Assembly: GCA_963662285.2 (NCBI GenBank)
Contig: CAXXMV010000008.1
Location: forward strand, 1,056,001 to 1,120,000
Length of the DNA stretch: 64,000 nucleotides
Direction of reading: 5' to 3'
DNA from: a bacterium
GTDB lineage: Bacteria > Hinthialibacterota > Hinthialibacteria > Hinthialibacterales > Hinthialibacteraceae
This document shows, piece after piece, positions 30,407 through 39,354 of this stretch (its first letter is position 1; the number at the start of each line of letters is the position of its first letter). The notes below the pieces were generated by a model. The model was not told the DNA's origin. It ran no database searches and was given only the letters and a program-made list of their open reading frames with translations. The translations under genes were made by a program, and so were the position numbers.

Positions 30407-31576
30407 ATGGCTATGAGACGAAAAACACGAAAAAAAATACAATTTGCGTTATTGATTGTGGTCTATATTGTACTTGCGTTGGTAATGGTTCATTTGTATT
30501 TGGAACATCGGAATATAAATACACCTGAGAATTTCCCTGATCCCAATTTCCGTATAGCTGTAGAAAAATATTTACAGATTGAAACAGGAGCAAAATTCAG
30601 CACTGCGAAAGCACGAAAAAGGCAGTCATCATTGATATGCGAAGGTCGTGGTATTGGTGATTTAACTGGTATAGAATTTTTCACCCAAATAAAAAAATTG
30701 AATTGCAACAATAACCAATTAAAAACAATAGACCTTTCAAAAAATATCGGCCTGAAATTTCTTTATTGTTCGGGCAATCAATTAACCGAACTTGATTTGT
30801 CTAATCAGAAAAAATTAATGCATCTCTCATGTGAGAATAATTTGTTAAACAAATTAAACTTAACCAATCAAACAAATTTACTGCATCTCTCATGTGAGAA
30901 AAATTCGTTAAGCGAATTAAACATATCCAATCTAACGAATTTAGAATACCTTGTATGCAGTGGTAACCAGTTAACCAGTTTGGATTCTTCCCGCAATGTA
31001 CAGATTGAGTATTTAGATTGCAGCGGTAACCAGTTAACTAGTTTTGATTCTTCCCATAATGTTAAGATGGATAATTTCAATTGCAACAGTAATAAAATCT
31101 CCTCCCTTAAATTATGCGCCGGTCCCGCATTAAAAAGATTAGATTGCTGTAATAACCAATTAAGCAGTATTGATACAACTGGAATTCTAAATTTACTCAT
31201 CTTAAAATGCAGCGATAATCCATTGACACTTTTAGACTTTAGCAAAAATCCTAATTTAACAAGGTTGATATGCAGAAACACAGATATGCAAAGTTTGAAT
31301 CTAGAAGGGAATTCAGGTCTAAACCTATTGGATCTCTATAATAATAAACTCACCTCAATACCCGACTTATCAAAAAATCTTATGATTGATGCAGTAGATA
31401 TAAGGATGAATCTGCTAGGCGATGATGATAAAGAAGATATTATTGCCCTAAAAAAGATGATTCCCAAGCAAATTGGAGAAGACAAAATAAGGGATTATTA
31501 CCATTCACTCAATCAATTATATAGTGGCTTTCTTTATTCCCCCCAAATCAATCATGATCCTTATCTTGTGGATTGA
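30407..31576 (+). CDS. Membrane-anchored leucine-rich repeat protein
   Basis: N-terminal TM; FPDPNFR, DLTGIEFF cap; about 11 21-aa repeats LxxLxCxxNQLTxLD. Confidence 0.92.
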   Translation: MAMRRKTRKKIQFALLIVVYIVLALVMVHLYLEHRNINTPENFPDPNFRIAVEKYLQIETGAKFSTAKARKRQSSLICEGRGIGDLTGIEFFTQIKKLNCNNNQLKTIDLSKNIGLKFLYCSGNQLTELDLSNQKKLMHLSCENNLLNKLNLTNQTNLLHLSCEKNSLSELNISNLTNLEYLVCSGNQLTSLDSSRNVQIEYLDCSGNQLTSFDSSHNVKMDNFNCNSNKISSLKLCAGPALKRLDCCNNQLSSIDTTGILNLLILKCSDNPLTLLDFSKNPNLTRLICRNTDMQSLNLEGNSGLNLLDLYNNKLTSIPDLSKNLMIDAVDIRMNLLGDDDKEDIIALKKMIPKQIGEDKIRDYYHSLNQLYSGFLYSPQINHDPYLVD

Positions 31577-31664
31577 TAATTTTATCCATCATTTAACAAA
31601 TCCAAAGTTTTCAATGCGCATATATTCTTGTTAACCGCTATAAATAGATTTTATAAAAAAGGGC

Positions 31665-31693
31665 TTGCGCTCAAATCCCTTTTGCGTTAAAAT
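31665..31693 (+). promoter_or_regulatory. Putative sigma70 promoter of the pse operon
   Basis: TTGCGC-N17-TAAAAT. Confidence 0.5.
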
Positions 31694-31933
31694 TCGTATA
31701 TTGAATTTTGTATTATAGAATTAAATCTCTTGATTAGACTATATTATAAAAAGATACGGGCGTATGAACAATTCAAAGCAATGAAGAATGGATAAGTGAT
31801 ATAACCATAGCGGTTAGAGGCGTTGCAGCTACGTTTCAAAAATCTCTATTCCGGTATATATTGAATTACATTAAGTAATCAGACCAATTTACCTGGTCGC
31901 CGCAAATCTACTAAGGAAAAGCGATAGAGTCTA

Positions 31934-32911
31934 ATGTTGAACGGAAAAACTATACTAATTACAGGTGGAACAGGTTCTTTTGGTAAAAAGTTCACGAAGA
32001 TCGTACTCAAAAAGTACCAGCCCAAAAAACTGATTATCTTCAGCCGTGATGAACTTAAGCAGCATGAAATGCTTACCGGTGGTTTCGATGATTCACGCCT
32101 GAGATATTTCATAGGCGACGTGCGCGACGTGGATCGTCTGCGCCGGGCAATGCATGATGTGGATATTGTGGTTCATGCCGCCGCGCTGAAACAGGTTCCG
32201 GCTTGCGAATATAATCCTATCGAAGCCATCATGACCAACATCATGGGCGCCAAGAATATCATCGACGCCGCAATTGATACCGGAGTTAAAAAAGTAATGG
32301 CGCTAAGCACCGATAAAGCAGTTAATCCGGTTAATTTGTATGGCGCCACCAAACTGGCTGCGGAGAAACTGTTCGTCCAGAGCAATGCCTATTCGGCTGG
32401 CGCCGGCGCCAGGTTCAGCTGCGTCCGGTATGGCAACGTAGTCGGCAGCCGGGGCAGCGTAATTCCCTTATTCAAAAAACAGCGCGAAAACGGCAAGATC
32501 ACTGTTACCGATTCACGCATGACCCGTTTTTGGATCACATTGGAAGATGGCGTGGAACTGGTGCTTAAAGGCATCGAAAGAATGCATGGCGGAGAAGTTT
32601 TCATCCCCAAAATCTCCAGTATGAATATTATGGATCTCGCCAAAGCTATTGCTCCCGATTGCGCAATAGATACCATTGGAATTCGTTCAGGCGAGAAACT
32701 GCATGAAATGCTCATCTCAGCTGATGAAGCGCGGGACTCAATTGAACTAGACGATATGTACGTCATTATGCCCGCCCATCCCTGGTGGTCCAACGAAAAT
32801 TGGAGCGGCGGTCGGAAATTACCTGATGGTTTCAGTTATACCAGTGACGCCAACCAATCCTGGTTGACTATTGATGATTTAAAACTGATGGCTAACGAAC
32901 CTATTTCTTAA
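31934..32911 (+). CDS. pseB: UDP-GlcNAc 4,6-dehydratase (inverting)
   Basis: ITGGTGSFG, SRDELKQ, HAAALKQVP, STDKAVNPVNLYGATK, RYGNVVGSRGSV. Confidence 0.95.
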   Translation: MLNGKTILITGGTGSFGKKFTKIVLKKYQPKKLIIFSRDELKQHEMLTGGFDDSRLRYFIGDVRDVDRLRRAMHDVDIVVHAAALKQVPACEYNPIEAIMTNIMGAKNIIDAAIDTGVKKVMALSTDKAVNPVNLYGATKLAAEKLFVQSNAYSAGAGARFSCVRYGNVVGSRGSVIPLFKKQRENGKITVTDSRMTRFWITLEDGVELVLKGIERMHGGEVFIPKISSMNIMDLAKAIAPDCAIDTIGIRSGEKLHEMLISADEARDSIELDDMYVIMPAHPWWSNENWSGGRKLPDGFSYTSDANQSWLTIDDLKLMANEPIS

Positions 32912-32936
32912 TAAAATAAGCATATTATATAAATAT

Positions 32937-34094
32937 ATGAATCAGGAAAACCAATTTATTCCATATGGCCGTCAAAGCATTGATGATGACGATATCGCAG
33001 CAGTGGTTGATGTTTTGCGCTCTGACTGGTTGACGACCGGACCCAAAGTCGATGAGTTTGAAAAAGCGGTATGCTCTTATGTAGATACCGATGACGGAGT
33101 GGCGGTCAATAGCGGCACAGCCGCCTTGCATACCGCAATGTATGCTATCGGCGTCGGCCCCGGTGATGAAGTTATTGTTCCGACGCTAACCTTTGCTGCG
33201 ACCGCCAACTGCGTCTTATACTGCAGCGGCAGGCCGGTTATGGTGGACGTCAAACCGGATACGCTGACCATTGATCCCCAAGCGGTTGAACGGGCTATTA
33301 CGCCGAAAACCAAAGCTATTATCGCCATGGATTATGCTGGCCAGCCTTGCGATTACCAGACGCTGCGTGATATTGCCGACCGGCATAATCTGGTTCTGGT
33401 GGAAGACGCCTGTCATGCCATTGGCGCGCAATACCAGGACCACAAAGTTGGTTCTATCGCCGATTTAACCTGTTTCAGCTTTCATCCGGTCAAGCATATC
33501 ACCACTGGTGAAGGCGGCATGACGGTCACTAATAATCCCGATTACATAAAAAGGATGCGCCTCTTCCGCAATCATGGCATCAACGCCGATCAACGCCAGC
33601 GCTCCGAACAGGGAACCTGGTATTATGAAATGATCGACCTTGGCTTCAATTACCGCCTCACTGATTTGCAATGCGCTTTAGGTATAGAGCAATTAAAGAA
33701 GTTGCCTGCATGGCTGAATCGCCGCAATGATATTGCGGCTCAATATAATAAATCGTTCGCAGATTTTGCCTGCGTTAATCCTCTTGGTATTGAAGATGAT
33801 ATACAACACGCCTATCACCTCTATGTAGTGAAGATTGATTTCGAACGATTGGGCAAAGACCGCAAAGAGGTTTTCAGGGCGCTGAGAAATTGCGGCATCG
33901 GCGTCAATGTGCATTATATTCCAGTACACATGCACCCTTATTATAAAGTAACGTTTAACTATCAACCCGGGGATTTCCCCGTTGCCCAAGCGGCGTATCA
34001 GCAGATTCTCAGTTTGCCGATGTATGCTGGCATGAGTGATGATCAGGTAAAGAGAGTTATAGATTGCTGCCGGGAGATTATGAGTGATGAGTAA
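32937..34094 (+). CDS. pseC: UDP-4-amino-4,6-dideoxy-AltNAc transaminase (DegT family)
   Basis: IPYGRQSI, WLTTGP, EDACHAIG, FSFHPVKHITTGEGG, LGFNYR. Confidence 0.93.
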   Translation: MNQENQFIPYGRQSIDDDDIAAVVDVLRSDWLTTGPKVDEFEKAVCSYVDTDDGVAVNSGTAALHTAMYAIGVGPGDEVIVPTLTFAATANCVLYCSGRPVMVDVKPDTLTIDPQAVERAITPKTKAIIAMDYAGQPCDYQTLRDIADRHNLVLVEDACHAIGAQYQDHKVGSIADLTCFSFHPVKHITTGEGGMTVTNNPDYIKRMRLFRNHGINADQRQRSEQGTWYYEMIDLGFNYRLTDLQCALGIEQLKKLPAWLNRRNDIAAQYNKSFADFACVNPLGIEDDIQHAYHLYVVKIDFERLGKDRKEVFRALRNCGIGVNVHYIPVHMHPYYKVTFNYQPGDFPVAQAAYQQILSLPMYAGMSDDQVKRVIDCCREIMSDE

Positions 34095-34824
34095 AACAAA
34101 GAAAGTGACCGCTATCATTCAAGCGAGGGTAGGAAGCACCCGGCTGCCCGGCAAAGTACTCAAACCGCTATTGGATAAACCGATGCTGACCTGGGTGGTT
34201 GAGCGCGCCCAAAAAAGCCGCCTGATAGATGAAGTGGTTATCGCCACAACAACTCAATCAGGCGACGACGCCATCGCTGATTTATGCCATAAAGAAGGCT
34301 GGTTCTGTTTTCGTGGAAGTGAAGACGATGTGCTGGATAGATATTATCAGACCGCCCTACAGTTAAAATCTGAAACGATTGTCAGAATCACTTCTGATTG
34401 CCCAGTGATCGATCCGGGGATATGCGATTTGCTGGTCGCGTCGTTTTTGAGCATCGCCCCGTCATGCGATTATGTTACCAATAGTGAACCGGCCAGTTAT
34501 CCACGGGGATTGGATGTGGAAATATTCAGTTTAGACGCATTAAAACAAGCCTGGCGAGAAGATGACAAACCCGAATGGCGCGAGCATGTAACGCCCTTCA
34601 TATATAATAATCCTGATCGTTTTATAATCCATAATATTTCTAATCCAGTTGATTATTCATCGTACCGCTGGACGGTGGATACGCCGGAAGATTTCAGCCT
34701 TATTGAGAAAATTTATAATTACTTCGGTCATGGAGATTTTAGTTGGCATGATATTATAAGCGCCTGCGAAGAGAATCCATCCTGGCGGGATATAAATACA
34801 CACATCCAGCAAAAAACTGTGTAA
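34087..34824 (+). CDS. pseF: Acylneuraminate cytidylyltransferase family (SpsF-type), probable CMP-pseudaminate synthetase
   Basis: IIQARVGSTRLPGKVL, RGSEDDVLDRY, RITSDCP, RWTVDTPED; position in the pse cluster. Confidence 0.75.
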   Translation: MSKTKKVTAIIQARVGSTRLPGKVLKPLLDKPMLTWVVERAQKSRLIDEVVIATTTQSGDDAIADLCHKEGWFCFRGSEDDVLDRYYQTALQLKSETIVRITSDCPVIDPGICDLLVASFLSIAPSCDYVTNSEPASYPRGLDVEIFSLDALKQAWREDDKPEWREHVTPFIYNNPDRFIIHNISNPVDYSSYRWTVDTPEDFSLIEKIYNYFGHGDFSWHDIISACEENPSWRDINTHIQQKTV

Positions 34825-34826
34825 AA

Positions 34827-35858
34827 ATGGATAAAAACTTAATTATCAGAGCTGATGCAAATTCCCAAATAGGCGTGGGGCACGTTATGCGGTGTCTGGC
34901 CTTAGCTCAGGCCTGGCGTGATAATGGTGGACAGGTTGCTTTCGTAATGTGCGATGGACGAAGCGTATTTGCATCCCGTTTGGCGCAAGAACATTTCGAT
35001 TTATACGAGATTGATGTGGAACCCGGTTCGCAGAAAGATGCAGTAGAAACAGTACGGCTCGCTCTTCAAAACAACGCTCAATGGATCGTACTGGATGGGT
35101 ATAATTTTAAGTCTGATTTTCAGCTAGTCGTAAAAAACGCCGGATTGAAATTGCTGTGTATGGATGATTATGGCCATGCGGATCACTATTACGCAGATAT
35201 CGTTTTGAATCAGAATCTCTACGCGGAGGATTCAAAATATTCCTCCCGCGAATCAAACACTATAATTCTGCTTGGAACCCGATATGCCCTGCTGCGCAAA
35301 GAGTTCATTGATAATAAAAAGCCGAAGGAAAAAACTACATCGGAATCATGCAATATTCTGGTGACTATGGGGGGCGGCGACCCGGGCAATGCTTCACTCA
35401 AAGTTATTCAGGCATTGCAGAATGTTAAAATTCCAAATCTAAAAGTTAAAATCATTGCGGGACCCTCCAATCCCTATATCGATCAGTTGCGTCAGGCGGT
35501 GCAGATGGCGGGCGGTGATTTCCAATTACTGCATGCGGTGGATAATATGGCTGTACAAATCGCCTGGTCGGATATTGCGATTACTGCGGGAGGAAGCACT
35601 TGCTGGGAACTATGTTGCATGAGCGTTCCTGCTATAGTTTTAGTGATCTCAGACGATCAAGTTCCCACAGCGGCGGCATTGCATGAAAAAGGCTGCATGA
35701 TAAATCTGGGTTGGGCGACGGAATTATCCAACCATGTCATAGCGCAGACGGTAATTGATTTAATTAATAATAAGCAGCGTCAAAAAGATTTAGCCCTCAA
35801 GGCATCGACATTTGTAGATGGTTCGGGCGCTCAACGGGTGGTTGGTCTGATGCAGTAA
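34827..35858 (+). CDS. pseG: UDP-2,4-diacetamido-2,4,6-trideoxy-altropyranose hydrolase
   Basis: IRADANSQIGVGHVMRCLALA, LDGY, DIVLNQN, MGGGDP, AGGSTCWE, VDGSGAQRV; no fused GNAT domain. Confidence 0.9.
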   Translation: MDKNLIIRADANSQIGVGHVMRCLALAQAWRDNGGQVAFVMCDGRSVFASRLAQEHFDLYEIDVEPGSQKDAVETVRLALQNNAQWIVLDGYNFKSDFQLVVKNAGLKLLCMDDYGHADHYYADIVLNQNLYAEDSKYSSRESNTIILLGTRYALLRKEFIDNKKPKEKTTSESCNILVTMGGGDPGNASLKVIQALQNVKIPNLKVKIIAGPSNPYIDQLRQAVQMAGGDFQLLHAVDNMAVQIAWSDIAITAGGSTCWELCCMSVPAIVLVISDDQVPTAAALHEKGCMINLGWATELSNHVIAQTVIDLINNKQRQKDLALKASTFVDGSGAQRVVGLMQ

Positions 35859-35906
35859 CACCCGATTATCAAGGCATGAAATTTGTTATACGAAAGCACA
35901 ATCCAA

Positions 35907-36611
35907 ATGAGTCTGACCGCAGTCATAACACAACCGACCTATATGCCTTGGATGGGATATTTTGAACAAATCGCCCGGTCTGACCTATTCATTATTTTGG
36001 ATACCGTGCAATTTGAAAAACAATCCTGGCAAAACCGCAACCGACTTAAAGGCAACAATGATCAACCATTTTGGCTAACCATTCCGGTTGTCACTGATTC
36101 ACACAAGGCATTGATCAATGAAATACGATTCAATCCAAATAAGTCCAACTGGAAAAGAAAACATCTGGAGTCGATCCGTATGCATTTAAAAGCGGCGCCA
36201 TTTTTTGATGTTGTTTTTCCCCGCATAGAAGAGTGGTTAAGCAAAGATTATGAATTATTGGTTGAACTCAATATTGCCGGGATAAAAATGTTTTGTGAAA
36301 TGCTTGGTTTGTCACCCAATTTTATGCGCTCATCGGATATGAAGCCCACCGGCAACAAAACCGACCTGGTTATCAGTCTTTGCAACCAGGTTGGCGCGAC
36401 GCGTTATTACAGCGCAGCCGGTTCGAAGGCCTATATGGAGCAGAATGAACATCTGTTCGTCGAAGCTGGCATTGAATTGATTTATCAGGACTGGACGCAT
36501 CCGGTATATACTCAACGCGGCGCAGGCTTTATATCTCATTTATCTATTATCGATGCGTTGAGCAACATAGGCCCCGAACAGGTTCGGTCGTATATCATAC
36601 AGACAGATTGA
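35907..36611 (+). CDS. WbqC family protein (putative glycine transferase)
   Basis: ITQPTYMPWMGYF, LDTVQF..WQNRNR, WLTIP, Y.Q....FISHLSIIDAL. Confidence 0.9.
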   Translation: MSLTAVITQPTYMPWMGYFEQIARSDLFIILDTVQFEKQSWQNRNRLKGNNDQPFWLTIPVVTDSHKALINEIRFNPNKSNWKRKHLESIRMHLKAAPFFDVVFPRIEEWLSKDYELLVELNIAGIKMFCEMLGLSPNFMRSSDMKPTGNKTDLVISLCNQVGATRYYSAAGSKAYMEQNEHLFVEAGIELIYQDWTHPVYTQRGAGFISHLSIIDALSNIGPEQVRSYIIQTD

Positions 36612-36696
36612 GTGCATATCTAAAAAGTCGTTACCGGAATATATATACGATAAGGATTATTATTTTGTTGCAGAAAAAAATTGATGGAGCATAATT

Positions 36697-37746
36697 GTGA
36701 ACACAATAGTGATTGGAAATCGACGTATTGGCGCTGGACAACCGACGTATATCATCGCCGAAATGTCAGCGAATCATAATCAGGATTATGATCAGGCGGT
36801 CAAAATAATTCATGCCGCCAAAGCTTGCGGCGCCGATGCGGTTAAGTTGCAAACATACACGCCAGATACCATGACCATCCAATCAGATAAAGATTTTTTC
36901 CAAATCAATAGCGGCACCATTTGGGATGGTCAAAGTTTGTATGACCTATATAAAAAGGCTTATACCCCGTGGGACTGGCAGCCAAAATTGAAAGATATCG
37001 CTGATCAAATCGGCATTGATCTATTCTCCAGCCCATTCGATTCAACAGCAGTGGATTTCTTGGAAAAGATTGATGTTCCAGCCTACAAAGTTGCTTCGCT
37101 GGAGTTGGTTGATTTACCCCTGATTGATTTAATCGCCAAAACTGGCAAGCCGTTGATCATGTCTACCGGCATGGCTTCCCTCAGCGAAATCGATGAAGCT
37201 ATGCAAACCGCCCGTAATGCGGGCGCCGATGAAATAGCGCTGCTCAAGTGCGTCAGCGCCTATCCCGCTCCAGCCGAAGAGATGAATTTGCGCACCATCC
37301 CTCACCTGGCCGAGACTTTTAACGTTACCGCTGGATTGTCGGATCATACTTTGGGCATTACGGTTCCGACAGCTGCGGTAACTCTGGGAGCGTCGATTAT
37401 CGAAAAGCATTTCACTCTTTCGCGTACAGTCGAAGGACCAGATAACGCGTTCTCCCTGGAACCTCATGAATTTGAAGCAATGGTTCAAGCGGTGCGCACC
37501 GCTGAGAAAGCCCTGGGTAGCGTGAAATATGGCGTCCAGCAGGAAGAATCCAGATGCCTGGATTATCGCCGGTCGCTTTTTGTAGTGCTAGATATCAAAA
37601 AAGGCGAACCATTCACTTCGGAGAATATTCGTTCGATTCGACCAGCTAATGGATTACATACCAGATACTATCAGGAGATTTTGGGTCGATGCGCCAGGCA
37701 TGATATCGCCGCAGGAACCCCAATGACCTGGTCGCTGATTCAATGA
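36697..37746 (+). CDS. pseI: Pseudaminic acid synthase
   Basis: IIAEMSANHNQ, KLQTYTPDT, YTPWDW, GLSDHTLG, IEKHFTL, RRSL and C-terminal SAF domain. Confidence 0.95.
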   Translation: MNTIVIGNRRIGAGQPTYIIAEMSANHNQDYDQAVKIIHAAKACGADAVKLQTYTPDTMTIQSDKDFFQINSGTIWDGQSLYDLYKKAYTPWDWQPKLKDIADQIGIDLFSSPFDSTAVDFLEKIDVPAYKVASLELVDLPLIDLIAKTGKPLIMSTGMASLSEIDEAMQTARNAGADEIALLKCVSAYPAPAEEMNLRTIPHLAETFNVTAGLSDHTLGITVPTAAVTLGASIIEKHFTLSRTVEGPDNAFSLEPHEFEAMVQAVRTAEKALGSVKYGVQQEESRCLDYRRSLFVVLDIKKGEPFTSENIRSIRPANGLHTRYYQEILGRCARHDIAAGTPMTWSLIQ

Positions 37747-37809
37747 TATCAAACAAAAAACATCTAGCGTTTGTTTTAGATTTGTCTAAATTATGGAGTT
37801 AATTGTCTT

Positions 37810-39336
37810 ATGAGAGTGTTTTTCTACTTTGCGCCTCATTTTCTTGATTGGCCGCTTGCCATATCCCGTGAATTGTTTAATCAGTCTTCAGAGCATTCTG
37901 TATGTGGAGTTATTTCTGGCGCCAAAGATTTATATCATTACGCATTGGCGCATCGCATTCCTACGATTGAACCATTGTATTGGTTGGACGGATTGGAAAG
38001 TGAATGGTTGAAGAGTGATATAGATGAAGATTTATTAAATAAATATGACCGGGATTATGAACCGGGATTTCTACAAAAAATTCTGATCTCTGATCGAAAA
38101 CTGGGCGCTGGATATGTATCAGGTGGAAGAATGCCGCCTTGTCCGTTGATCGACATTTCCTCGGATCATGAAAAAGTTCGGCGTTATATCTGTGGATTAT
38201 TGAAATTCATTGAAAATCAAGTTCTTTCTGAAAAACCGGATATCGTTCTTTCTTATTGCGTGGCTGGTTCATTTGCTTTAGCGCTGGCAGAGATTTGTCG
38301 ACATAATAACGTGGTTTTTTGTCAGATTACCCATTCCAGAATCAACTCAATATCCGTTATTGATACTGATCCTAAAATGGGATTGCATCCAGTAATAGAA
38401 CTTTTTGAGCGTTCTTTGGATAATCCAGAATTGGTGGCTGATTCGGTTCCCGACGCTGAAAAATATTTGAAAGATTACCGCGAAAAACCACTACAACCTG
38501 ATTATGCCAGTTTTAACCGGAATATTGAGAAAAAACTCATTTCATGGTCGGGGATTTTGAAGCAGTTAATTAGTGATATGTATGGCGTCGCCAGTGTGAC
38601 CATTAAAGGACGGCAACCGGATTTACGCAAAGCCGGTGAATGGAGCCTGGCCAGTTATAATTTTCGTCTCGGTCTAAGGCGTCGCAGCATCATGCGTAAT
38701 TTCAAATTTGATAAATTGGAATCCATCCCCCAACGCCCTTTCGTTTATTTTCCGCTGCATGTTAATCCCGAAGCATCGACTATGGTGCTGGCGCCAATGC
38801 ATGATAATCAATTGCATGTCATAGAATCAATCGCCAAAAGCATACCACTGACCTGGAATGTGCTGGTTAAAGAGCATCGTCCTATGATCGGGCTGCGGCC
38901 TGATGGATTTTACGATAGATTACAAAAAATACCTGGAGTCTATTTACTGTCTCCATATGAAAATAATTTCAACCTGATTCAGGGCTCGCAGGTGGTTTGC
39001 ACGATCACCGGAACAACGGCGTGGGAATCTTTGATAATGCGAAAACCCACTATCATAATAGGGCAGTCGCAATACCTTGCTTTGAAAGATGGTTTGATCC
39101 ATTGTCCCGATTTAACCCAAATGCCCTTAGCAATTCGTCAATCGCAAGAGATGGAAGCGATTGATGATCAACGCTTGATTTTATACATCGCCGCTATTTT
39201 TGAATTGGGTTTCGATTTTCCCACCGATGTATATTGGGGTAAAGTAACTAAACAAACCATCGAAAACAATCACAAGATAGCACAGGATATATGCGAGCGA
39301 CTCATTTCATTGTATAAAATATCGCGGACGAATTAG
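37810..39336 (+). CDS. KpsS-like (capsule biosynthesis) protein, candidate nonulosonic acid transferase
   Basis: YFPLHVNPEAS, VKEHRP, TITGTTAWE..KP motifs; directly after pseI. Confidence 0.7.
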   Translation: MRVFFYFAPHFLDWPLAISRELFNQSSEHSVCGVISGAKDLYHYALAHRIPTIEPLYWLDGLESEWLKSDIDEDLLNKYDRDYEPGFLQKILISDRKLGAGYVSGGRMPPCPLIDISSDHEKVRRYICGLLKFIENQVLSEKPDIVLSYCVAGSFALALAEICRHNNVVFCQITHSRINSISVIDTDPKMGLHPVIELFERSLDNPELVADSVPDAEKYLKDYREKPLQPDYASFNRNIEKKLISWSGILKQLISDMYGVASVTIKGRQPDLRKAGEWSLASYNFRLGLRRRSIMRNFKFDKLESIPQRPFVYFPLHVNPEASTMVLAPMHDNQLHVIESIAKSIPLTWNVLVKEHRPMIGLRPDGFYDRLQKIPGVYLLSPYENNFNLIQGSQVVCTITGTTAWESLIMRKPTIIIGQSQYLALKDGLIHCPDLTQMPLAIRQSQEMEAIDDQRLILYIAAIFELGFDFPTDVYWGKVTKQTIENNHKIAQDICERLISLYKISRTN

Positions 39337-39354
39337 GATTAATATCAAATTATC

